Shown: positions 52,705 to 62,892 of the stretch, one piece after another
Position numbering within the stretch: the stretch's first letter is position 1
Layout: each line of letters begins with the position of its first letter
Assembly (NCBI GenBank): GCA_015061565.1
Contig: SUWI01000002.1
Span: 1-62,964, forward strand
Source: Lentisphaerota bacterium
GTDB lineage: Bacteria; Verrucomicrobiota; Lentisphaeria; Victivallales; UBA1829
Direction of reading: 5' to 3'
Length of the DNA: 62,964 bases
Program-made: the position numbers and the translations under genes
Notes under the pieces: model-generated
The model's database searches: none
Told to the model about the DNA's origin: nothing
The model's input: the letters and a program-made list of their open reading frames with translations, nothing else

Positions 52705-54169
52705 GCGGACCGGTCTCCTTCAATATAGTTTGCGGACCATCCAGCGTCCCTTCCGGAAACCGGATCAGAGATTTTCCCTCCGGATGGATTTCCAGTTTTT
52801 TTCCGATAGTCATCAGCATCCGGCCTTCGCCGGTGAGTCCGTATTTCAGCAGCATCCCCACTTCGGCGAGTTCGCCGCGTTCAAGCTGACCTTGTTCCAG
52901 CGGACCATTTTCAGGGTAACGCAGCTTCAGGAATTCAGACAGCTGGCGCAAACGCATCTCTTCATGGGTTTCGACCCGCTCTTCCGATAACTTTACAGTC
53001 CGGGAAAAGGTCCGCGGGGGAATTCTCCTTCCGCCGCTGCCGAAACGCGGAGCGGGCGGTTCCGCTTTCTGGAATTCATCGGCGTCGTTCATATCCAGCG
53101 GCGCCGCGGCAGGAGTCAGCAGTTCCCGCAGAAAATCCGGAGCTTCGAACGATTCGGGTTTCCCCGCCAGTTCCAGAAGCCGCAGGTTGATGAATTCAAG
53201 ACGATTGCTCCGCCGTTCCAGCTCTTTCAGAAAACTCGTCAGCTTGCCCAGCACTTTCATGGCATTTTCATGCACGGAAGCGCATAGTTTGTCCACTTGT
53301 CCGCCGCGTCCGTAATATTCCAGGAGATGTTCCGGGAATTTCCGGATCTCAGTTCTCAATCCGCCGGTCCGCATGAACTGCGGCCGCATCCGCTGTTCCG
53401 CCTCAAACAGTTCTTCGCATCTGCGCAGCTGTTCCGGACGGGTCCCCGTGTTCAGCTGTTCGAGTTCCTTCAGGATGCCGGACCGCAGCTTGAAAAGCTG
53501 CTGCAGGTAATGCTTGAAATATGCATCCAGTCCATTGACCGTCTCCCGCGCCTCTTCCGGCGTGTAGCTTTTCAGCAGAAATTCCCCCAGCCGGATGGTG
53601 ATTTGATTCAAATTGCGGCTGAGCCGGGCGGTTTTTTCCTCCACATCCCCCAGTGCGAAAATCACTGCCGAATAACGGCTTTCCGAGTCCCGCAGATTCC
53701 GCCCGATTTGTTTGATGGAACCCAGGATGAATTCCAGCAGATTGACCGAATCGTCCTCCTTCGGCAGCAGGTCCGAGGCATGCCGTTCCTCCAGCCAGTT
53801 CAGGAAAGCGATCGTTTCATCCGTCAGTCGGTAACGGAACATATCACGCCGGACATCCCGATACGAACGGATTCTGGTTTTCTCGATCCGCTTGACCACA
53901 ATGTTCCAGTTTTCCAGCTGCTGCATCACCTGATTGAACCGGGCGGAATCAGGAAGTTCTTTTTCCCCGGAGCGGGGATAACTTTCCAATGCGGTCTGAA
54001 ACAGATCCTCCCGCAGGATTTCCAGCTCGTGCCTGCGGCGGAAATCCAGCAGGGTGCACAGGATATGCAGATAATCCGCGGCAAATTCCGAACTGAACAT
54101 GCTGCCCAGATTCCGATTTCGGAATTCCAGCAGTTTTTCCGCATCCATCGCTGTCTTATCTGTTTCCAT
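52694..54169 (-). CDS. jetA: Wadjet subunit JetA (MksF-like kleisin-type)
   Basis: 491 aa. It is the first gene of the overlapping four-gene set. The size and position fit JetA. No enzymatic motif is present. Confidence 0.7.
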   Translation of the reverse strand: METDKTAMDAEKLLEFRNRNLGSMFSSEFAADYLHILCTLLDFRRRHELEILREDLFQTALESYPRSGEKELPDSARFNQVMQQLENWNIVVKRIEKTRIRSYRDVRRDMFRYRLTDETIAFLNWLEERHASDLLPKEDDSVNLLEFILGSIKQIGRNLRDSESRYSAVIFALGDVEEKTARLSRNLNQITIRLGEFLLKSYTPEEARETVNGLDAYFKHYLQQLFKLRSGILKELEQLNTGTRPEQLRRCEELFEAEQRMRPQFMRTGGLRTEIRKFPEHLLEYYGRGGQVDKLCASVHENAMKVLGKLTSFLKELERRSNRLEFINLRLLELAGKPESFEAPDFLRELLTPAAAPLDMNDADEFQKAEPPAPRFGSGGRRIPPRTFSRTVKLSEERVETHEEMRLRQLSEFLKLRYPENGPLEQGQLERGELAEVGMLLKYGLTGEGRMLMTIGKKLEIHPEGKSLIRFPEGTLDGPQTILKETGPHGN

Positions 54170-54257
54170 AGCCCGACTATCCGATTTGATGTTTATTCAG
54201 GTTTCCAATCTGTCACGGTTCAAGAATATCCGCTGCCACAGCATGTCGGCATGCAGT

Positions 54258-55904
54258 TCATTTCCGTCTTTTGCGGGACAGTCCCTTCTTTCCCCGTTTC
54301 TGGAACATATCGGATAATTTCTTAAACGTTTTCTCAAGGGTCCGGCATTCTTCATAAGTCTTTTTCAATTTGTCGATCTCAGGATCGTCAGGGAAATTTT
54401 CCAGTGCTTTCAAGAAAGATTTTGTCTCGTCAAATTTCCTTTGACGGAGGTAAAAACGACCTTGCGAAAGGAACCATTGCTTCATTGCATCCGGATGGGT
54501 TTTCTCAGGCATCTTAAGTGTTTTAATCAGCTGCATGCCTTCCTCATAATGCTCTTGGCACCCCAGGATATCCAGCAGCATTGCATGGGCGAAAAGATAT
54601 TCCGGATGTTCCTGAACCAGACGCCGGACGATTTTTTCCGGTTCGTCACTTTTCACGCCGCTGTTGTATATTGCGACTGCGAGATTGTATTCCGCCGGGA
54701 AGAAATCCGGACATTTGAACAGCATTTCCCGGTAACGTCCGGCAATCTTTTCCCAATCTGGATTTTCTTCATGCGATGAAAAAACGATTTTTTCATACTC
54801 CTCGGCAAAATCCTCCGGAAGAGGACAAAATTTATGCTCCGGATCGAGTTCAATGGTGAACAGCAGCTGTGACGATTTCCGGCCTTTGTGCTGCATTTCA
54901 ATCACCTCTCCGGATTTGATGTCGCCGCGCTCCAGCAGGATCACACTGGCATATTGACGCAGTTCATCGCTGCCGAAAGAACCAGAAACCAGTTTTTTGA
55001 GAAATGCCGCGGCTTCCGGATGCAGATTGTCTTTCAACACGTCGAGAGCCGGTTTCTTGTCTTTGTGGTTCGGATCATTGAGAACGGATTCGACAAAATC
55101 GATCACCCAGCGATGCTTCAGAACCGGATTGGAAAGAGTTTTGTCATCTTTGAGCAAACGCTCCAAATAAAAATCAGATGAAACCAGCATAGGCCAATCT
55201 CCGCGAAAACTGACGGGCCGCGCTCCTTTCTCCAGCAGTTCCAGATAACGTTCCGCCAATTCAAATTTCGGATCATCAGAGTTGACCCACCTCAGATATT
55301 CAATCGCCAAACCGGTATCTCCGACATTGGCCGCTGCGCAGCCGGCCCAGAATGTCATTTCCGAAGCATCCGCATGGGGATTGGAAAAAGCAAACTCGAA
55401 CAGATCCTGATACAGGTGCAGCCGTGCAAACATTTCGCAAATCTTCAACGCCGCTTCCAAAGAAATATCATCTTGGGAGGCCGCAATATACAGAGCATTG
55501 GCTGCGGCCGCATCTTCATCATTGAAATACAGGAACAATGACAAGTTCGCCAATCCGAATGCCGGAAGAAAACATGACTTCTTCAGAAAATCACGTTGGA
55601 TTTTCAGGGCTTCATCAAGGTTTCCAAGCATGAAACAGCATAATGCCAGATTATTAACCGGATTGGGAATATCGGGATTGAGTTCTATCGATTTTTTGAA
55701 AAGCGGAATTGCCTCTTCGAATTTCCTTTCCCCCATCAGCCTATATCCTTGATAATGGTATTTTTCTGCTTTTTTATACTGGCTTTCACTGATCGACGGG
55801 CCCGTTGCCGACGGTTCGAAAATTCTATGCTGGCAGCAGAAGCGGTATTTCTTCCCGCTACCGCAGTAGCAGGGTGCATAAGGATCTATTTTATTTTTCA
55901 GCAT
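54258..55904 (-). CDS. SEC-C metal-binding motif + TPR-repeat protein
   Basis: I chose the ATG at 55904 (GGAG 5 nt upstream); the ORF-track GTG is at 55910. The SEC-C motif is N-terminal: PCYCGSGKKYRFCC. TPR-like helical repeats follow (AIPLFKKSIELNPDIPNPVNNLALCCFMLGNLDEALK and others), with a basic C-terminal tail. Confidence 0.8.
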   Translation of the reverse strand: MLKNKIDPYAPCYCGSGKKYRFCCQHRIFEPSATGPSISESQYKKAEKYHYQGYRLMGERKFEEAIPLFKKSIELNPDIPNPVNNLALCCFMLGNLDEALKIQRDFLKKSCFLPAFGLANLSLFLYFNDEDAAAANALYIAASQDDISLEAALKICEMFARLHLYQDLFEFAFSNPHADASEMTFWAGCAAANVGDTGLAIEYLRWVNSDDPKFELAERYLELLEKGARPVSFRGDWPMLVSSDFYLERLLKDDKTLSNPVLKHRWVIDFVESVLNDPNHKDKKPALDVLKDNLHPEAAAFLKKLVSGSFGSDELRQYASVILLERGDIKSGEVIEMQHKGRKSSQLLFTIELDPEHKFCPLPEDFAEEYEKIVFSSHEENPDWEKIAGRYREMLFKCPDFFPAEYNLAVAIYNSGVKSDEPEKIVRRLVQEHPEYLFAHAMLLDILGCQEHYEEGMQLIKTLKMPEKTHPDAMKQWFLSQGRFYLRQRKFDETKSFLKALENFPDDPEIDKLKKTYEECRTLEKTFKKLSDMFQKRGKKGLSRKRRK

Positions 55905-55966
55905 AATCACTCCATTTGCCGGAAATTATCAATTCCAAGTGCAGAATACACAATATCTGAAAATGT

Positions 55967-55994
55967 AATATAATCCAGGAAGTCACATTTTCAA
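55967..55994 (-). promoter_or_regulatory. Candidate promoter upstream of the SEC-C/TPR gene (and possibly of jetABCD)
   Basis: The minus strand reads TTGAAA-N16-TATATT. Confidence 0.4.
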
Positions 55995-56069
55995 ATAAAA
56001 AACCAACTTTGTCCGGCTGATATTTCTGCTGGAGGCAAGCGGAACCGCCGCAAATTCAGCTGCGCGGGT

Positions 56070-59000
56070 TCATTCGAGTTCGACGACCGCGAAGGAATGA
56101 TAGTCGAGCGTCATTTTGAGCATGCCGCCGCTGACGGAATCGACCTTGGAGCCGAAATCGCCGAGTTTCAGCGGTGCGCGGATGGACGGGACGCGGCAAT
56201 TCTTCCGCTGTTCGAAAAGCCAGTCGTAATCGGGGTCGGGCGCGGTCATGCGGTCAGTGGCTTTCGAGAACGGCTTCAAGCCCAGTTTCGCGGCGTCGAA
56301 CGCGATTTCGAGGTTCTGTTTTTCATGTCCTTTGCCGATGTGCGAGATCACGGCGAGCGCCTTGCCGTTACGCTTGTAAACGCTCACATAGATGTCCTTG
56401 CCGGAGACGACGCGGGCGGGGTTTTCCCAGTAGCCGAAAAACTGCGCCTGCGGCACGCCGAAGCTGCGGTAGATTCGGAGCAGGCGGTCGAAGATGCCGT
56501 AATGACAGCGGTTGCCTGCCGGGAGCGTGTTGTGAGGCAGGGCGCCGGCCAGGAACGCTTTGGTGATACGGAATTTGTAGAGCTCGGGGTCCTCCTTGCC
56601 TCCGCCATATTTGGGGAGCAGGACATCGGTCGACTGGTAATCGGAATTGGTCAGGCCGAACGGCATCGACCCGAGCTCGCTGGCGAACATGGCAACATCG
56701 TAGGTATCGAGAATGTCCTTGCCGTTGTGCATGATCGAGCTGCTCTGCTGGCGGATGTGTTCGCCGTTGAACAGATGTGTGGCGAAAGTCATCGCGGGCA
56801 GCTGCACGGTGTCGGTGTTGTGGAGCATGATGACGGGGTCTTTGATCCCGGCGTCGAGCTGGACCAGGCAGAGGCGGCGGTAGAATTCGCGCTGTGCCAG
56901 ATACGGAGTCCGGCTGCGGCAGCCGTGCTCGGCATTGCTGCAGGTCGGGACCGTGCCGAAATCAAGGTAGATGCCGTCGACTTTGAACCGTTCGAGCATC
57001 TTCTTGAACTTCCACACGAAGAACGCACTGGCGGAACTGACGGGACAGCAGTCGATCAGGAATGCCTTCCCTTTTTCCGTGTTGTAGTCGAGCAGGTTTT
57101 CAGGCACCATGCGCCATTCCTCGCGGAACGCGGCGACCTCGGGATATTCATCCGAAAGATAACGGTCGAGATTGTAGGGAATGAACCTCACGCCGTATTT
57201 GCGTGCAGCGGCGATCTGGTCGGCAAACGTCTGGTTTCCCTTGAAACTTCCGGGCGCGGGCAGGTCGGCGAAGCACCGTCCGAGCGCGCCTCCGGTCGAG
57301 CCGAGCACCAGGTCCTGGATCTTTTCCGGGCGGGTCAGCGGGGCGACATACGACCAAGTGTAGAAGTTGCACGGATAATTCGCCGGGAATGGACGCACCG
57401 GGCTCGCCAGCAGGCCGAACTCGAAATCAAGTTTTTCACCCTTTTTCAGCCGTTCGGCGAGTGAAACTTCGAACACGGTCTCGTCTTCGTTCCGGTTCAG
57501 CGAATAGACCTGACGCGAACGGTTTTTCCAGGTCGCGGAGGTTTCGGTGAAGAAGCAGAGTCCCTTGTCCTCCATGCCGATCCAAACCATCGGGTAATAC
57601 TGCAGGACCTGCCGGCCCGGCTGGATCCGCCGGGTGAGCTTGGCGCCCCACGAGCAGGAGCTCGAGCTGGCATGGAGATATTTTGCCAGCAAGGCCGGTA
57701 TCCGGATGCGGAGTTTGAGACCTTTCAGGTTTTCCTTCGCGGTCAGCGCGAGCCGGAAATATGACACTCCGTCATATTCGATCCAGCCGCGGTTCTCCGT
57801 AAAACAGCGCCCGCTGTCATGCAATGCGGTGAATTCCGTCCGGTGCGGTTCGGACTTGCCGTGCGCGACACGCGCGCTTCCGAGCGGCTTGCCGTCGGCG
57901 ATCAGTTCGACCGGGCCTTTCAGCAGCTCGACCCCGCGGGACTTTGCGGAAACGGGGAAGAGGCTCTGTTTCCAAGTGTAGGTGCGGCCCCACATCGAGG
58001 CGGCGAACCCGCCCTCCGTCCTGCGGGTCTGCATCGGCGTGAACGGCGGAATGATCCGGTTGTCGAACTTCATTGACGCCCACTCTCCGAAGCCCGGGAA
58101 ATGGATCTGTTTTTCCGACAGCAGGACGGCATTGTTTTTTCCGTTCAGGATGATCTTGTAATCGCCGGCAGGATTGTTACGGTCGAACGGAAGATCGACC
58201 GGCGCATCGTCCTTGACCGGGAGTTCGGCGACCGTCTTTTTGTCCGGGCTCTGCAGCCTCAGAGTGTACGGCGCGGCGTCGGCAAATTTTGAACGGATCA
58301 TGAATATGCGCGGCTTCACCCGGATTCTGCCTTGTTCAAACTTCGGCGAGGCGGCGAAGAGGTCTTCGTTCAGTTTGAATGGGCGGACCTGGCGCATCAG
58401 CAGCGTCCTGCCCTGCCGGAGCGAGAACAGCAGTCCGTCATACATGGTCTGCCGGATCGGGATCGCGAATGTTTCTTCCTGCGGTTTGCCCGCGGTCAGC
58501 GCGATTTCACGCGAAAAGAGCAAACCGGGCGGGATGCTGCCGTCCATGCGGACACCGGAAACCTCATACATGACTTTCGTGTTTTCCGGCGCGCAGAACG
58601 AAACTTTCTGCGTCAGATTGCCGAATTCAGGCGTGCCCTGCTCCACGATCTGCATCGCGGGGACGCTGAGAAAACGCGCGGTCTGGAAGGTTTCCGGCTT
58701 GACATAATCGCCGTTCCACGAACTGGAACTGAGACAGCTCAGTTCGGGCAGCAGCCAGGAACGGCTGAAATTCAGTTTCAGACCGGTCCGCGGGGGTGCT
58801 TTCAGTCCGATGGATTGCCACGGGATCGCGATCTCGCCTTCCCACAGTTTCCGGTCGTCGATCCGGTGAACCAGACGGGTCTTGTAAGTCCAGGTCCCAT
58901 TCCATTTCGGGTCATGCCGTTTGGATGCACTGCCGCCGCCGGAGACATTGCCGGCGAAACGGTAAAAGGCATCCCCGTCAAGGATGCGGAATTCGAACGA

Positions 59001-59960
59001 TTCGAAGCCCCATGCGACCTCGCTTTTCGAGCCCGGCGCATTGACGGGACCCATGCGGATCTCAGTATTCGGGAACAGCGCGGTGAAACCGAGATAAAGA
59101 TTGTCCCTGTCCCACATGTACCTGAAGGTATTGGGCGGCAGCCGCCAGCCTTTGAGCGGATCGCCGCGCAGGTCGTTGAGCCCGATGAAGGACCCGGCAC
59201 ACTGCCAGGCGGGATCGTCCAGTTTGCCGTCGATCTCCGGTTTCTTCTGCGCCTCGGGGATCAGCAGGACCGCGGGGAACTGTTCGGGCGCGGATTTGCT
59301 TTTGACCCCGCATTCCCGCTGGATCTCGGTGGGATCGAGCTCGCGGTCCCAGACTTTCAGCAGACCGATGCGGTTTTCTTCACCCCACGGTCTGGGGCGG
59401 TACCAGCTGTCGGAATACGGACCGATGTTCAGCGTGGTGACGTTCTTCACCTGGACTTCCTGCTTGCGCTCCTGCAGCAGTTTGCCGTTGAAATAGCACC
59501 GGACCCGGTCGCCGTTCCAGGTGATCGCGGCATAAAAAACCGTGCCATTCTTGATTTCCTTGCCATTGGAAACGAAAATATTTTTCTTCTGGTCGGCAAA
59601 ACCGAAAATACACTGGCGGTTTCCCAGCGTGTAAATCGAAACATACAGGCGGCCGTTGGTCCGGAGCGTGACCAGATACCGCGCGCCTTTGAATTGCGGC
59701 TGGAAGGGTTCCATGGTCAATTTCGCGAGGATCGTCCCTTTTTCCCCGGCGAGCCCGGCAGCGGGGATTGCGAAGCATTTCGGTCCGAAAAACATCATGC
59801 CGTCCTGAATTTTACCATCGAAGGCAACGGTTGTTTTTCCGAAGGTGATCTCCTGCGGACGGTCGAACTTCAGGTCGAGCGTGGGGGCGGATCCCTCCGC
59901 CTGAACGGCAACGGCTGCGATCACGGTCAGAAGGAAGCTGAAAAAAGTCTTGATTTTCAT
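56070..59960 (-). CDS. Giant secreted LamG + CBM9-like + putative glycoside-hydrolase protein (cassette E)
   Basis: Start at MKIKTFFSFLLTVIAAVAVQAEG (ATG 59960; an alternative ATG is at 59969). LamG-type LLKVWDRELDPTEIQRE. CBM9-like KPEIDGKLDDPAWQ...FEFRILD. It shares FGLLASPVRPFP and VDGIYLDFG with the cassette A and D enzymes. Confidence 0.8.
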   Translation of the reverse strand: MKIKTFFSFLLTVIAAVAVQAEGSAPTLDLKFDRPQEITFGKTTVAFDGKIQDGMMFFGPKCFAIPAAGLAGEKGTILAKLTMEPFQPQFKGARYLVTLRTNGRLYVSIYTLGNRQCIFGFADQKKNIFVSNGKEIKNGTVFYAAITWNGDRVRCYFNGKLLQERKQEVQVKNVTTLNIGPYSDSWYRPRPWGEENRIGLLKVWDRELDPTEIQRECGVKSKSAPEQFPAVLLIPEAQKKPEIDGKLDDPAWQCAGSFIGLNDLRGDPLKGWRLPPNTFRYMWDRDNLYLGFTALFPNTEIRMGPVNAPGSKSEVAWGFESFEFRILDGDAFYRFAGNVSGGGSASKRHDPKWNGTWTYKTRLVHRIDDRKLWEGEIAIPWQSIGLKAPPRTGLKLNFSRSWLLPELSCLSSSSWNGDYVKPETFQTARFLSVPAMQIVEQGTPEFGNLTQKVSFCAPENTKVMYEVSGVRMDGSIPPGLLFSREIALTAGKPQEETFAIPIRQTMYDGLLFSLRQGRTLLMRQVRPFKLNEDLFAASPKFEQGRIRVKPRIFMIRSKFADAAPYTLRLQSPDKKTVAELPVKDDAPVDLPFDRNNPAGDYKIILNGKNNAVLLSEKQIHFPGFGEWASMKFDNRIIPPFTPMQTRRTEGGFAASMWGRTYTWKQSLFPVSAKSRGVELLKGPVELIADGKPLGSARVAHGKSEPHRTEFTALHDSGRCFTENRGWIEYDGVSYFRLALTAKENLKGLKLRIRIPALLAKYLHASSSSCSWGAKLTRRIQPGRQVLQYYPMVWIGMEDKGLCFFTETSATWKNRSRQVYSLNRNEDETVFEVSLAERLKKGEKLDFEFGLLASPVRPFPANYPCNFYTWSYVAPLTRPEKIQDLVLGSTGGALGRCFADLPAPGSFKGNQTFADQIAAARKYGVRFIPYNLDRYLSDEYPEVAAFREEWRMVPENLLDYNTEKGKAFLIDCCPVSSASAFFVWKFKKMLERFKVDGIYLDFGTVPTCSNAEHGCRSRTPYLAQREFYRRLCLVQLDAGIKDPVIMLHNTDTVQLPAMTFATHLFNGEHIRQQSSSIMHNGKDILDTYDVAMFASELGSMPFGLTNSDYQSTDVLLPKYGGGKEDPELYKFRITKAFLAGALPHNTLPAGNRCHYGIFDRLLRIYRSFGVPQAQFFGYWENPARVVSGKDIYVSVYKRNGKALAVISHIGKGHEKQNLEIAFDAAKLGLKPFSKATDRMTAPDPDYDWLFEQRKNCRVPSIRAPLKLGDFGSKVDSVSGGMLKMTLDYHSFAVVELE

Positions 59961-59990
59961 GATTGACATTTCCTTATTTTAACTCTGAAA

Positions 59991-60770
<780 letters not shown>

Positions 60771-60791
60771 GTTCTGTCTCCTTTTTTAAGT

Positions 60792-60901
60792 TGTATTACA
60801 AGATTAGTCCCGTTTATTATCATTTCTGGCTATACTTTATATCTAAAATCCGAAAAAATCAATTGTTTTTTATAAAAATTTCGAATATTTCTTGTAATAC
60901 A
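60792..60901. promoter_or_regulatory. Pair of inverted 11-mers (CTTGTAATACA) in the divergent promoter region of cassette E
   Basis: TGTATTACAAG at 60792-60802 is the reverse complement of CTTGTAATACA at 60891-60901. Each contains the palindrome TGTA-N-TACA. The right copy overlaps the -35 box of the regulator promoter (TTGTAA-N16-TATAAT, 60892-60919). Confidence 0.45.
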
Positions 60902-60944
60902 GCTTTTTTGTGCTATAATACTACTATTGTGGAAGGAGGATGAG

Positions 60945-62003
60945 ATGAGCAAGACGGAAGAAATATTGCAGATATTGCGGAATGAACTCCAGCGGGGAGA
61001 GTATGCCCAGGGGGCTCTTTTTACCTCGGAACCGAAGCTCGTCAAACGTTTTTCGGTATCGCGGATCACCATCAACAAGATTACCGAACAGCTGGTGCGC
61101 GAAGGCTATCTGCAGCGCGGCAGCAAAGGCTCCGGCACGCGGGTGCTCAATACCGCGCCTTTCCCGCTGGGCTCCATCGCCTACCTGGGACCGTATCAGA
61201 ATCCGTATTACGACCTGCTCCAGTTTGAGATCCAGAAAAACGCCATGGAACGCGGTTATGCGGTGAACGCATTCTATCAGGGCAGCTATTCGATCAATCA
61301 ATGTCTGGAAATGATCGCCCGGAACCGGTATCTCGGACTGATCTGCTGCGGCATCGGGATGGTGCCGGAAAATTTCCCGCTGCCGGTCGTGTATGTGGAT
61401 CAGCCGGTCCCCGATGACAGCATCCCGCGATGCTCGGTCTGCATCAACGACTACGAGACCGCATTCGCGGTGATCGATGATATCTGCCGGAAAGGGCATC
61501 GGGAGATCGCGGTTTTATCCAATTACAATTTTATCGAGTACAACCGTCAGCGCCGTCAGCACGGATTTCTGGATTCCATGGTGAAAAACCGGATCCCCAA
61601 TCCCGAAAACCGGATTTTCAATGACCGCGTGACAAGTCTTGTTGAAGCGAAAATGTTCTGGATAAAACTGCTGGCCGCTTATCCGGAAACCACGATCCTG
61701 GTCACAGATTCCAATATGCCGGCCTGGCGGCTTCATGCTGCTGCCATGGAACATAAAAAACCCGACAAAGTGACCATCACCGGATTTGCCAGTTCTCCCA
61801 TGCAGGATGGGCTCTATCATTTTCCGAGCGTGGACCAGCATCCCGACCAGCTCGCATCGTGTGCTGTCTCGGAACTGCTCTACAATGCGGAACATCCGGA
61901 CAACCCGCATTTGTGCGAGACCATCGTTCCCGCCTCGCTGGTCAATTTCGACCGGATTCCTGTCAAACGACCGACCGGACCAAAGTCCCGGCACAGGGAA
62001 TGA
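60945..62003 (+). CDS. GntR-type HTH regulator with a LacI/PBP1-like domain (cassette E, divergent)
   Basis: The ATG at 60945 follows GGAAGGAGGA; the ORF-track TTG is at 60927. wHTH: FTSEPKLVKRFSVSRITINKITEQLVREGYLQRGSKGSGTRV. Confidence 0.85.
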   Translation: MSKTEEILQILRNELQRGEYAQGALFTSEPKLVKRFSVSRITINKITEQLVREGYLQRGSKGSGTRVLNTAPFPLGSIAYLGPYQNPYYDLLQFEIQKNAMERGYAVNAFYQGSYSINQCLEMIARNRYLGLICCGIGMVPENFPLPVVYVDQPVPDDSIPRCSVCINDYETAFAVIDDICRKGHREIAVLSNYNFIEYNRQRRQHGFLDSMVKNRIPNPENRIFNDRVTSLVEAKMFWIKLLAAYPETTILVTDSNMPAWRLHAAAMEHKKPDKVTITGFASSPMQDGLYHFPSVDQHPDQLASCAVSELLYNAEHPDNPHLCETIVPASLVNFDRIPVKRPTGPKSRHRE

Positions 62004-62028
62004 ATATTCTTCCCCACCGGCACCGGGC

Positions 62029-62063
62029 AGAAAAAAAAAGACGCACCGGGAACGATGCGTCTT
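62029..62063 (-). terminator. Rho-independent terminator of rpsD
   Basis: The minus-strand RNA reads AAGACGCA-(10-nt loop)-TGCGTCTT followed by U9. Confidence 0.7.
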
Positions 62064-62086
62064 GGGATAAGCTGAAAAAGAACTTA

Positions 62087-62689
62087 TCAGCGGGCGTAGT
62101 ACTCAACCACGCGCAGGGCTGCGACCTGAACCGGAATCTCTTCCAGCATCGGCTCGCGAGTCAGGGTCAGTTTCAGATTTTCCTTGTCGGATTCGAAATA
62201 AGGGGGAATGGTGGAGTTCACAGCCTTGGCAGCTTCGGCCAGAGCCGGAGACTTCGCCGGATCGATCGTGATCACCTGACCGGGCTTCAGCAGATAGGAA
62301 GGACGGTCGACGATCTTGCCGTCGACTTTGACATGACGATGGACGACCATCTGTTTGGCGGCGAAAATCGTGGGAGCGAAACCGCCGTGATAGACAGCGG
62401 ACTGAAGACGCATTTCGATCAGACGCATCAAAGTTTCGTCTGTTCTGCCTTCGATGCCTTTGGCTTTCAGGAAAGTATTGCGCAGCTGGGTTTCGGTGAG
62501 AGCGTAATGGGCTTTCAGCTTCTGCTTTTCCTGCATCATTTCGCCGTAGGTGGAGAGTTTTTTCTTCTTGGCGTTCTTGCCCTGAAGACCGGCGGCATAG
62601 GGCCGTTTCACGCTTGGGCATTTCGGATTGTTCCAGATGCAGTAACCAATCCGGCGGCAGATTTTGTGTTTGGCTTGAACTTGTTTCAT
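62087..62689 (-). CDS. rpsD: 30S ribosomal protein S4
   Basis: 200 aa. Conserved S4 blocks: KLSTYGEMMQEKQKLKAHYALTETQLRN, RLQSAVYHGGFAPTIFAAKQMVVHRHVKVDGKIVDRPSYLLKPGQVI. Confidence 0.95.
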   Translation of the reverse strand: MKQVQAKHKICRRIGYCIWNNPKCPSVKRPYAAGLQGKNAKKKKLSTYGEMMQEKQKLKAHYALTETQLRNTFLKAKGIEGRTDETLMRLIEMRLQSAVYHGGFAPTIFAAKQMVVHRHVKVDGKIVDRPSYLLKPGQVITIDPAKSPALAEAAKAVNSTIPPYFESDKENLKLTLTREPMLEEIPVQVAALRVVEYYAR

Positions 62690-62892
62690 TCCTCATCCTT
62701 TCTCGTAAAGTTGATTTTTCCTGCACCGGGTGTCAAGCGAAACAGGAGCCCGATGCATTAACAAGTCATATAAGATACACCGTTTTTCCGATTTTTCAAC
62801 CTTTTTTCCGAAAAAAACCGAAAATCCGGCAATCTTATGTAATCGGTCAGTATGGGTGACATGGATACGCTGTCGCAGCATGAGACTTGATC

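Noticed and set aside
48606-54169. The SMC-like cluster considered as a housekeeping MukBEF/MksBEF condensin or an SbcCD/RecN-type repair system.
   Set aside because: A fourth, translationally coupled Toprim-motif gene (jetD) is present. The A-B-C-D order and sizes fit Wadjet. The cluster is AT-richer and island-like. No nuclease of the SbcD type is present.
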